Below are positions 52,159 to 64,000 of a stretch of DNA of 64,000 bases, piece after piece. The stretch spans positions 9,548,001-9,612,000 of the forward strand of contig CP075492.1 of the NCBI GenBank assembly GCA_021613535.1, read 5' to 3'. The notes below the pieces were generated by a model. The model had not been told where the DNA came from, made no database searches, and worked only from the letters and a program-made list of their open reading frames with translations. The stretch's first letter is position 1; each line of letters begins with the position of its first letter. The DNA comes from Adineta vaga. Its lineage: Eukaryota > Animalia > Rotifera. The translations under genes were made by a program, and so were the position numbers.

Positions 52159-53075
52159 CACCATGATCACGTTGATTTTGACCGTTTTACTTAGTTTGCT
52201 GTATTTAGGGAGAGCATCAGATACTTTTTATTTTGACATAGCGTGATAGAGCATCGTCTATTCTATCGAACTATACAGTTTTTATTTTGTTTATTTTAAA
52301 CCTTGTCCCCACATTCTGTGCATTCATAAAAATAGTCATTCAAAATGTTTTAAAACTAGCAATTTTCAAACCTTGTTTCAGGTAATACCTCTTAATGATT
52401 AATTTATAGAGAGTATTAACACTTTTTATTTTTATATAGAATAACAGATCATACTTCTCTCTGTCAAGCTAAGCATTTATTTTTGCTATAAGCTTGAGGA
52501 ACTTTTCAAGGACTAGTTTTGAACTATTTTTGTAAATGCTTTTTGCACTTTTCTTCGAACAAGTCTGAGTTCTTTGAGCATCTAGATCTTTTCTTTAATA
52601 TATAACACGTAGCTGAATAAAGCATCGACTCCTCTATTACTTTGCATACTTTTAATTAGCTTTACGTTCGATCTTACGAAAAAATTTGCGCAAAAACGTT
52701 AATAAAGTCGGTTCTTCACATGTGCAGAAAAGGGCCAAATCTTACAAAAAAAAAGTTATTTTCTCCTCAAAATAGAGTAATTTTCACTTGTCATGTTTTT
52801 CTCGAGGACTATTAATGTACTTTTTTCCATTTAAAACAATTTTCATTGTCGATGATTTCAAGCGAAGTGAAATATAGGTTTGCAAAAGTTCAAAATCGGG
52901 GCTTCTCAAATACTATTAGACTTTAAAACGAAGTTTAAAATAAACAAAACAAAAACTATATAGTTCAATAGAGTAGACGATGCTCTATCAGGCTATATCA
53001 AAATAAAAAGTATCAGATGCTCTCCCTAAATACAGAAAACTAAGCAAAACGGTCAAAATCAACGTGATCATGGTG
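52159..53075. mobile_element. Non-autonomous Tc1/mariner-type DNA transposon (MITE), 917 bp
   Basis: ~143-bp imperfect terminal inverted repeats (52159-52301 / 52933-53075) starting CACCATGATCACGTTGATTTTGACCG; TA on both flanks; no intact ORF. Confidence 0.92.
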
Positions 53076-53754
53076 TACTCTTGCATTATGTCATGCGTCA
53101 CTCATTTCATAAAATATTTTATGTAGATTGCTATTTATCCTAAATTTTGTTGCCTAGAATTGACCTCTGAAATCGAGCTCATAACTTGTAGTCATCTCGA
53201 CAATTATGAAAAAGCTGCACTTCAACTTAGAGATTTCTTTATCCTATATACGATATACCATATTAATTCATATCTTTAGTCAGTAAACACACAAGAACGA
53301 CTGTTCGTATTATACTATTCTAGTTACCAGAAATATAAACAACAAACCTAATCACTTAAAAGGAACTTATCGGTGACCAGATCATTCCGAGGAAAACTAC
53401 TTTATTTTACACTTCTGTGCAGAATACATTCGATGTCGCATTGAATATTCGACGACCCAGGAGAAACGAAATAATGGTAGCAGATTCCAACAGAATTATC
53501 GCATCGGATTGAATTTTTGCATTCGAATTTACGAGTTGAAAAGAAATATGTTAACGCCAACTTTCCATACAAAACTAATATTTTTCTTTGTATTGCTATA
53601 TTTTTCATATTGTATTCTATCTTATTGAAACAAAATCAATAAATCACAGTATTAAAATTTTCTCATATTTCTCTGGTAACATGAGACAAATAATGAAAAT
53701 TTTGTCTTAAATGAATGAATAAAGAGTTCACACAAGAATAAATATCATACGAAA

Positions 53755-54490
53755 CCTAGGATTAGTCTTGATAAAGCTGGCAACATCGTATTCCATATAT
53801 ATATATATACAGACACACATCATATTAGATAGTAGCTGCGATGTTATCGAAGAGCAAACAATTCAGCACCTCACTAATACACTACGAATGAACAAGTTAG
53901 CTTTCTTACACATTCCAATTATTTTATTATTTAGACATTGACTAGACTAGATCTTGGCACTAATCAAATCGCAGATCAGGCAGTACAACATCTGAGTGAT
54001 TGTCTACGAGTAGATACGGTAGTATTCATTGTATTCTCATCTTTCTTACACATTCTAAATACTTTTCTACAGAGACACTTACCACTCTAGACCTCTGCTA
54101 CATCAAATTGAACAAGAAGGCGCACAGTACTTAGCTGATGCTCTACAAATGAACAGAGTAGTATTCATTAAATCTTCAGCTCTCTTACACATTCATAGTA
54201 CATTCTTGTTTAGACACTTCTTACACTAGAGATTAGTTTCCATCATATTGAGAACGTAGCAGCACAGTAACTAGGTAATCTTCATTCCATCTTCACATTT
54301 CTTATATATTCAAATACTTTATTATTTAGATACTCACCACACTTGATCTCCACGGCAATGAAATCGAACCCGAATTAGCAAAGAGCTAGATAGATTTACA
54401 AGGAATCATCAAGGTATTCTTTATATACTTCTGATTTGTATTAAATAGTTATATATATATATATTATTTTTATAGGGAATTGATCTGTAG
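53755..54490 (+). pseudogene. Decayed RNI-like/NLRC3-type leucine-rich-repeat gene fragment
   Basis: Tandem ~84-nt exons with similar introns: TLTRLDLGTNQIADQAVQHLSDCLRVDT; TLTTLDL..QIEQEGAQYLADALQMNR (1-nt deletion); TLLTLEISFHHIENVAAQ* (stop); ILTTLDLHGNEI. Confidence 0.75.
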
Positions 54491-55028
54491 AAAATTCACT
54501 ACTGCGAAATCGACATATCTTTATTATCAAGAAGTCTATATAAATTCATAGAGTAAAACCTTCCTAAGAAGAACACTAACGGGACTGTTCAAAACGTGTT
54601 CATTAGAAGAGGTGTTCATCTTATAAAGGTTTCATTTTGAACGAAGTATATTATTTATGTATAGAGTACATGATTAATATACACATATGTTAACTATATA
54701 TCTTTTATGTTAATGTCTGTTTTAAGCAATGTTAAATAAAAGAATATCTTTTTTATCTATCTAAGTTTCATTTATGAATACTGTATTATACAGCTTACTT
54801 TTCTATTTCCTTATGGAAGGTTAACAAAGTTCAGTTATAGATCAGAACTGATGAACAATTTAAAACGTTCATTATTACGAATTAAACTATTCAAAGAGTT
54901 TTCTAGTTCATTTCAACGAAGTTTGAATTTGTGCTATTGACTCCTGCTCCTCATTTCATACACGAAATCGTATTTTCCCAATACATGTTCGCTATGTAGA
55001 AGTTTTCTTACATGCAACGAACCAATCT

Positions 55029-55093
55029 TGAGGGTGTGGGTGGGTGTGAGTGTAAATGTAGCTGAAGAAGATATACCGACACCCACACCCTCA
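55029..55093. repeat. G-rich inverted repeat / hairpin
   Basis: TGAGGGTGTGGGTG (55029-55042) is perfectly complementary to CACCCACACCCTCA (55080-55093). Confidence 0.8.
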
Positions 55094-56295
55094 TGAAAGT
55101 ATGTGTAGTTCATTATTTGCATTACATATGAATGCATATCTTTAGCCATGAGAGAATAGAACATGCATTTCTCATAGAACTATTTTAAAGATATGAATTA
55201 AATGATCATAGTACGAACATGTACTTCAATTGTATTGTCGAAAGAGAACATGCTATTACGTTTTGAATGGCGATGACGTTACCAGCTTGTGTTGATCTTT
55301 ATTCTAATGCTATTTTCAGAATTAAAAAATAGAAAATAGTTATCAAATAATGTCGATAACGATAATTCAGTTTTAACCGTCTTTGTTTCACGAAAGATTA
55401 TCAGATACTTCTTTATTTAGTAGAATCTTTCATAAAATAATATATGACCTTCAATGAACAATCTTAAACAACATAAACTAACAGTCAAGGAAAACACAAA
55501 CATTTTCAGCATTGTATTCTTTCTAAAAAATATGTGACATTGTTCTATCATAAAAGCTTACATTAGTTATTTTGATTTCTATCGTTAATGAATAATTTCC
55601 TCATTTCGACTAAACATAGTGATTCGTTTATATGTGTCATCAAAAATCTATCGAAAGAGAATTCTTTATGGTGTATATCTCTAGAAAAACCAAATATTCT
55701 AAATTCTCACATTTGTTTATGTAAATATATCTGGAAAACACGCGATATAGCAAACATTCTGGCTTATCCGTTAAAAGATATTTATTTGTTATACCAGGTG
55801 TTTATCTTCTGTCATATTGATCATCGATCTCTTCATTGATTTTTAATCTTTCTTTTTTGTTTTTAGATCTCGAATTCAATCATTTCCTATCCATCAAGAT
55901 ATTCAACTATCGATCAAATCTATCTAATTAATTGTACATTTTTAACGTGATATATCAGGTTCTAATAAGTTGTTAATCAAAAGAAATGCATGTGGATCTT
56001 GTTGACATTCTCTTTATCAGTTGTTGAAGATAGAAGAAACATATGCATAATCAACGTTAATGATAATGTATGTTTTTGTCTTGTCGATATGAAAACGGTT
56101 CGAAGGTTTTGTCTTCAACTTTTCCCTTTTGTATTTTTCTTCAAGCTAATAGAAACAGTAAAGAATAAATATATCAACAAAATTAAACATAATAACAACT
56201 GTTCTCACTAGACTCTATTTAATGCTTTAACATATGGACAGAAACATAATAGACGATGATGTTAATTTATTCTTTCATCGTAGTTCTTTACAGAA

Positions 56296-56299
<4 letters not shown>

Positions 56300-56334
<35 letters not shown>
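56300..56334. repeat. (CT)n microsatellite / GAGA tract upstream of RyR
   Basis: About 17 CT units. Confidence 0.85.
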
Positions 56335-56338
<4 letters not shown>

Positions 56339-56964
56339 GATTCGAGGTCGGCCTTCTTGTCAATAGGAAAAGACATATCCATCAGACGTACAAAGACAAA
56401 GATATATTTCTTTCATTCTCTTATAGATGTGAAGAAAGACAAATTGGTCTTATATTTAGTATGGTATTTCTTTGTAACATTCTACTTATTCGCTTTCTTA
56501 GGTAGAAATTTTTTGACATGATGAAATAGTACTATTCGAATTCTCCTTATTTGCACCTTTATCGATTGATGATGGTGTTTTTTTTCGAAAACTTCGAATG
56601 TCACTTTCGATGATAATGATAATGATGTTATTATATAATGAAAGCGTAAGTTGACATCGTATGTTTATATCATGTTCTTTTTTCTGTGTATCGTCGATAA
56701 TCTAAACGTATTAACGATAGCCCCACACAAGTATACGAGAGTTGAATATCATCTTGTCGTTTTGTATTACATGCTTTTGTGTCCTTGACGTCTTTTCCTT
56801 GTCAATGAATTGGCGACATATCAAACGATTTGATTTGATTGATGAAATCAACTACTAGCAACATATATATATATATATAAGTGACATTTTCATATTTGCT
56901 TTTTTTTAGATCTAAATGATCTTAGTGTTGATGATGGTAATATAAGTGTATATTGATTACAAAG

Positions 56965-59900
56965 ATGGCTGATGAACACATGATGGGTGCTGAAGCTGAA
57001 GATGTTCAGTTTATACGAACAGTAAATCAAGAAAATTTTCTTATTTGAAATAATATCGGATGTTTTTTTAGGAAGATCATATATGTCTTAGTTGTATACC
57101 TGTTTCTAGTCTTAAACGCATGTCATTATCAGCTGAAGCATTTGGAAATCGAATGTGTTATTTGGAAGATATTTCCAATGAAGTAAGACTATCGAGAAAA
57201 ATTCGATGTTTTCTTTTTTTAAAGCTTATGATAATAGATTTGTTGTCCTGATCTTGCATCATGTGTATTTCTACTGGAACAAGCAGTATCTGTTCGAGCT
57301 TTACAGGAAATGGTGAATACAACTTCGGCTGAATCATTAGCCAATCAAGGTGGACAAACATTTCGAACACTATTATATGGGCATGCAGTACTTCTTCGAC
57401 ATTATCGTAGTCAAATGGTATGATTCATAAATTTGATTTTTCAAAACTATATCTTTTATTTAAGTATTTGAGTTGTCTATCAACAAGTACTTCGAATGAT
57501 AAATTGGCTTTTGATGTTGGTTTAAAAGAAGACGCAATAGGTCTGTTTGTCTAGAATCATACGTAATAAGTACATGAATGTTTGTTTTCTTAGGTGAATC
57601 CTGTTGGTGGACGATTCATCCAGCTTCGAAACAACGAAGTGAAGGCGAAAAAGTGCGCTTTAATGATGATGTTATCTTGGTATCTGTATTTTCGGAACGT
57701 TATCTTGTATGAAAATTTCATTCAGAGAGAAAAGAATGAATAGTTAAACTATGTTTGCATTTTCTTTTAGCATGCATATATGTCAAATAGTGAACGTGGT
57801 CGAGTAAATGCTTCATTTCGTCAACAAGTTTGGAGTCTTGTACCAATCTCAAGTGGAATAGCACGAATAAAGAATCCAGGTTTCTAATATATCATCGAAT
57901 AATATGTTATAATAAATGATCTGTTTTGGATAATTAGGATTCGTCCTTGGTGGTGATGTTTTACGATTAATGCATGGGAATATGGATCATTGTATAACAA
58001 CACCGCCACCCGATTCTTCGACGAACGATGATTCAGGAAGGTAGGACATCAATCATTTGATTGACATAATATCATTGAATTTCTTTTAGTTTGTTCATCA
58101 AAGGTGGTACAGCTTGTTCTCAAGCTCGATCACTATGGCGTATTGAACCTTTTAAAACTAAGTAAATAATCACTGATTCTATATATACATATATGAAAAC
58201 TTCCAATTTATTTCTTATTTCAGATGGTACAGTGGTTTTATTGGATGGAATGCCTTGATTCGTCTACGACATATCACATCTGGCCTTTATTTAGCAGTAC
58301 TTGGTGATGAGAATGGTAATAATTAAAAATCTTTATTATTATTTTTTTTTCTGTTAAACGTAATTTTTAGGTCCACGAGTGACATGTATATCGAAAAAGA
58401 ATGCTAATCCTATTGCTATAACATTTGAATTAAGAATGTCAAAAGTAATTGATAGAAGAAAAGAGAAAATTGAAAATAGAAATTTCATTTGAATTAGGAA
58501 AAGCAAACAGAAGATAATCAGGAAGAAGAAGATAATTTAGGTGTACCAACTATAAAATATGGTGATGCTATTGTATACATTCGTCATGTTGATTCAGATC
58601 TTTGGATTAGTTATGAAACACTTGAATTAACAATAAAAGGAATTGGAAAAGTCGAAGAAAAACGAGTATGAATTTGAATAATCATCTTTTTTTTTCTTGT
58701 TTTCATTTGAAATATTTTGGTATTTCAATAGATCATTCCAGCTGTTGAAGGTCATATGGATGATTGTTTTCGACTTGTACGAGCACAAGAGCAAGATCAA
58801 AAAACAGCACTAGTAATTCGAATATGTAATGCAATTTTAGGAAGATTCAATCGATCTGAGTAAGTTTTACTAGAAAGTTTTTATCGACTGTCTAGTTTCT
58901 TGTTGTTTTAGTCCAATGTCAGTAGATTCCGAAGCAATAAATCATCTATTATGTAAAAGTGATGCTATTCAAGCACTTTTACATGATTTAATTGGATTTT
59001 TTGCACAACCATCATCATCATTTGATCATGAAGAAAGACAATTACGTTTGAAAATATTGAAAAATCGACAAGATCTATTTCAAGAAGAAGTATTACATAT
59101 GACGATTTTGCATTATTTTCATTGTTTTTCGTTTCATAGGGAATGATACGAATATTAATCACAGCAATAAATTTTTTTAGTGAACGTCGAGATAAATCGA
59201 CATTATTAGAAGGCGTTGATGAAAAAATTGAAGATATTACAAATAAACTTTATGTTGTCTTAGCAGCATTGATTAAAGGTAATCGAGCTAATTGTTCAAA
59301 TTTTGCTCAAAGTGCACGACTTAATTGGCTTGTTAATCGTTTACAATCTCAACAAGCATCAAGTGGAGTTTTAGAAGTACTTCATAGTGTACTCGTTGAT
59401 AGTCCTGAAGTTTTAAATATGATCACAGAATCACATATACTTGCTAGTAAGTTATTTGAATCGAAATCATGTTTTATTAGATACAAAGCATTTCTTCTAG
59501 TCATTGGATTATTGGATAGAAATGGTCGTGATCCAAAAGTACTTGATGTTCTTTGTTCCTTATGTGTTAATAATGGTGTAGCTGTTCGTGCTAATCAAAA
59601 TCTTATTTGTGAAAATATTTTACAAAGACGTGATCTTCTATTACAAACGACACTTGTTGATCATGTCACTTGGTAAGAATAGATAATGATAAAATAGAAA
59701 CAAAAACCTTGCTTTTTGAGATCATGTATTCGATATAATTAGTTTTCTAGCGTAAAATTGATTAGAAATCATTACGAAACAAGACCAGTTCTAATTGCCT
59801 AATAATACAATATAAATAAAGACAAATTTTATGCTTGATTGCATATCATATCTATAGATTTGATGACCTTTGTTTTTCTTTTAAGATAACAAATGACTTT

Positions 59901-62900
59901 TGTTTGTTCGCTTAAATTGAATTGATAGATCAAAAAATTTACTTAACTAAATTAAACTATTCGTGTATATAACTATTTATTTTTCTTCAGTATGCGTCCA
60001 AATATTGTCGTTGGAGTTGAAGATGGTGAATCCATGTATCGTAAATGGTATTTTGAAGTTATCATTGATTATATTGAACAAGTAACACATATGCAGCCAC
60101 ATGTTCGTATCGGTTGGGCAACAACACATTTTCAACCATCACCTGGCCATGGTGATGGTTTTACTGCGAATGGCATTGGCGATAATACATATTCGTATGG
60201 TTTCGATGGTCGAAATATTTGGTTTGCTGGACGAGCATATAATGTTTTTGATGATCATACACAACAGATGGGTTTAAAAAAGAACGATGTTATTGGATGT
60301 TTATTAGATTTAAATATGCCTGAAATGTGGTTTTCATTAAATGGTGTACCTATAAAAGCTCTTCTGAGAGGATTTAACTTAACGGGAATGTTTTATCCTG
60401 TCATATCATTGTCATCTCGTGTTAGGTTTGTTTAATCGACATAGTTCTAATATTTTAGTTGAAGATTATTTTAGTTGTCGATTTTTACTGGGTGGAGAAC
60501 ATGGTCGATTCATTCATCGACCACCAGAAAGTGCAGCACCACTCTACGAAGCTATGTTATTAAAACAAAAAGTTTGTATTGAACCATGTTTCTCATTTGG
60601 AAATATTGAACGAAATCGTATGGCTGGCCCAATACAAATTCAACATAATATTGCATTTACACCACAACCAGTACGAACAAATCATATAATTCTACCTCCA
60701 CATCTTGAAAGAGTCTGTGAACAATTAGCAGAAAATATTCACGAACTATGGGCTATGTCAAAAATTGCGAATGGATGGAAATTTGGTGAAGTATATTTCC
60801 ATTCTAAATAATTTCTTCTAATATTAAAAAAGCATGATTTTTATCTTTATTTCATATCAAGTACCGGGATGAAGCACAAAAAAGACATCCATCTTTAACA
60901 TTTTTTGAAAATCTACCATTCGACGAAAAACATCAGCATCTTACCACAGCAACAGATAGTTTAAAAAGTCTATTAGCATTCGGTTATCATATCGGTTTAG
61001 AAATGAAAATTGATGATCAAAGAATGAAACGTACGAAATTATCAAATACATATGCACAATCGAATGGATATAAACCACAACCATTAGATTTGTCGAATGT
61101 GAATTTATCGACAAAAATGGATGAATTAATTGAAATTTTAGCAGAAAATACACATAATGTTTGGACAGCTGCAAGAATTAAAGATGGTTTTACATATGGT
61201 ACATCTGATGTAAGTAAATAGAAAGTTTCCTGAAATGTCTACAATCATATTCATTGTAGAATCCTCTTCAAAAACGTAGTCCTTATCTACTTCCATATTC
61301 AATTATTGATGATTGTATAAAGAAAATTAATCGAGATACTGCTAGTGAAACAGTTCGAACTCTTCTTGCCTATGGTTATACAATTGATACACCGGTTGGT
61401 GATGTGAATGATCTTGATGGACTTGATAAAAATATCATCAATAAAGAACGTTTACTAACCTATCGAACATATCGTGCTGAACAAACATTTGCTGTTACTC
61501 GTGGTAAATGGTATTATGAAGTCGAGATTTTGACAACAGGTCGAGTATTAATTGGATGGGGACATGCATCAAAACTTGATGCATATTATCCACTTGGAAC
61601 TGATTCATATGGATATGCATTTGATGGTTTAAATGCTCAACGTTTACATCAAGATACATTGAAGGTTTTGGTAAACCATGGTGTAAACATGATATTATTG
61701 GTTGTATGATTGATTTACATGATAAAACAATTAGTTTTTCATTGAACGGAGAATTAATTCTTGATAATTATGGCAATGAAATCGCTTTCGATGAATTAGA
61801 AATTGATGAAATTGGTTTTGTACCTGTATTAACAACATTTAGTGGTCAAAAAGCTCGATTAAATTTTGGACAAGATGTTAATTCATTGAAATATTTTACA
61901 TCATGTGGTTTACAAGAAGGTTATGAACCATTTTGTGTGTAAGTGAAATAAATAGGATCGACTTTTAGATAAAACTCCTATCAATTGATTATTTCTAGTA
62001 ATATGTCACGAAATCTCACCTTTTGGTATTCAAATTTCATACCGAAATTTCAAACCATCAAATCCGATGCACCATCGGTCTCTGTTATTCGCATTGGTGC
62101 AAGGTAAAATATCTTCCTCTAGAAGGAAATATCTATTCTCTTTCGATCTTTAGTCGCGATAATCCACCAATGATTAGACTTGAATCACGATTATTTGGAA
62201 CATTAGAAAAAGTTGAATTTGAATTTTTTCGATTATCACTACCAATCTCATGTCATGATAAATTTGTGCCAAGGTAACGTTCATAATTGTTTTGTTTCTG
62301 TTCATTGAAAAGTTTCATTTTGAAAAGATATGTCACACTTGAACGACGTCAAATTGCTTTGAATCATTATCTTGATTCTCAAGTGGAAAAAAATAATTTT
62401 TTATTTCCACAAAAAACGTTTTCATCTCCTCCAAGAGTTTCGATTGAACATGCAGATCTTCCATTAGCTAATAAAATTGCTCGTGATCCGAATAATTTAC
62501 TAGTTAAATTTCGTGATCAATCTTCACTTAGAAATAATACAGTAGCTTCACGAAAAAGTTCATCACCTGTTACTCCACGACGTAAACCACAACGAAGATC
62601 ATCGATCAGTAAAATCAATAATCTTTTCCATTATTTTCTCAAAGAACAACAACCAGATAAACGAATAATAAAATCAAGTACAAATGGTTCAGAAACACCA
62701 AATAGCAATCGACATTTACAACCACCGCCTGTATTAAAACCTCAATTAAAATCCATGGGAAGTAGTGAAGGACGAAGATCAATTGGAGAATCTGATGGAG
62801 AACTTCTTGATCAACAAGCGAATAATTCAGAATATGATGATATACGAATTATTAATGAACATGTTCATGAATATTATTATGCAGTAAGAATTTTACCTGG

Positions 62901-64000
62901 TCAAAATGCACGTTCTGTCTTTGTCGGTTGGGTAACATCACGATTTCGACCCATCTATCGACGAGATGATACATCAACTAATAAATTAACAAAACTAATT
63001 CGACGTTGTACATTGATTCAAACAGCAGATGATGGTTTAATTGTTGACAGTATTCAACGACAAGATGCTTACATGTTTTGTGCTCAAGATCTATTAGATA
63101 ACATGGCAGATAAAGAAAATATTGCAAGACGTGTTACTAATGGTTTATTAATTGGATGTTTATGTGATGTATCAACTGGACAATTAACATTCTATATTAA
63201 TGGAAAAGAATCTCCACAAAAACTTCAGGTTGAACCTAGTACAAAACTATATCCAGCTGTATTTGTTGAACCAACTGTAAAAGAAGTTTTACAATTTGAA
63301 TTAGGACGTATTAAAGTAAAAAATAATAAATAGTACATAGAATGAGAAATCATTTTTATTGTATTCTTCTCTTGTAGAGTTGTTTACCATTAACAGCAGC
63401 TTTATTTCCAAGTTTAAGTCGTGAAGAACGTTATATTCCACGATTACCATCTCGCTTACAATTACAATCATTAGTTCATTGTCATTGGTCACGTGTACCG
63501 AATACAAATATTCGTTGTCAACAATTGAAATTATCAGAAATTCGTGGATGGAGTGTCTTTGTTGAAGATCCTGGTAGACTAGGCTTGTCTATCTTCATGA
63601 TTCTTTGTTGTTAATTCTTTTCTTTTTTGCATAATTACATAGTTTATATGGAAGCAGTGTACATTCCTGAAGATGATCGTTGCACAGATATGTTAAGTTT
63701 AGTTGAAGATGAAGATACTCTAAGCTTTTGTTCGAATACATTGAGACTCTATAGTGCTATATGTGCTCAAGGTAATAATCGTGTTTCACATGAAATCTGT
63801 AAACTTGTCGACGAGAAACAATTGATGTATTGTGTAAAAAATGCTTGTAAGTTCAATGTAAAAAAACTTTATATCGTTAGAAGAATTTTCATCTTTTCCA
63901 ATTAGATATTTGTGGACCTATTCGAATTGGTATATATGAATTACTTATTGCATTACATTTTGAACCGTACATTAAAACAAGGTAATAACTATGAATTAAA
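56965..64000 (+). CDS. RyR: Ryanodine receptor, 3'-partial; apparent 1-nt frameshift at ~61659
   Basis: [76 protein letters not shown]1 RKWYFEV, RyR repeats [10 protein letters not shown] / [13 protein letters not shown]2, SPRY3 LQFELGR. Confidence 0.96.

Noticed and set aside
53400-53600. IPTELSHRI as an F-box remnant for the LRR pseudogene
   Set aside because: Too short and flanked by stops; chance similarity cannot be excluded
1-64000. CRISPR arrays, rRNA, tRNA, prokaryotic operons; many 60-110 aa ORFs in the track
   Set aside because: None recognizable; the sequence is intron-rich eukaryotic DNA, and most short ORFs are antisense, alternate-frame or intron read-through artefacts

Overview
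AT-rich (~30% GC), gene-dense animal DNA with many ~50-60 nt GT-AG introns. The intron style, the 84-nt LRR exon cassettes and a bacterial-type gene with an intron suggest a bdelloid rotifer (Adineta/Rotaria-like; inference). About 24 protein-coding loci can be supported: glucosidase II alpha (5'-partial), an M6PR/ATG27-like receptor, a GATA factor, two divergently transcribed neuropeptide precursors, TIPRL, SLC12A9, a tocopherol-cyclase-family gene (HGT candidate), a ZnT/SLC30 lacking its zinc ligands, TMEM33, RGS7, an orphan Ser/basic ORF, a CUB-LDLa protein, beta4GalNAcT, two tandem secreted peptide precursors, GALM, a small Tyr-motif membrane protein, a divergent calcineurin A, a short GoLoco/TPR (Pins/LGN-like) protein, ECT2, TAF1B, an atypical PRL phosphatase and a ryanodine receptor (3'-partial, with a 1-nt frameshift). 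The window also holds a TA-flanked Tc1/mariner-type MITE and a decayed LRR pseudogene. Most novel: the tandem signal-acidic propiece-amphipathic helix peptide precursors (33.1-36.3 kb); the PRL with a restored P-loop Ser, lost backdoor Cys and spliced uORFs; the zinc-site-less ZnT; the HGT cyclase; and the head-to-head neuropeptide pair. All gene models were spliced by eye and no searches were run.
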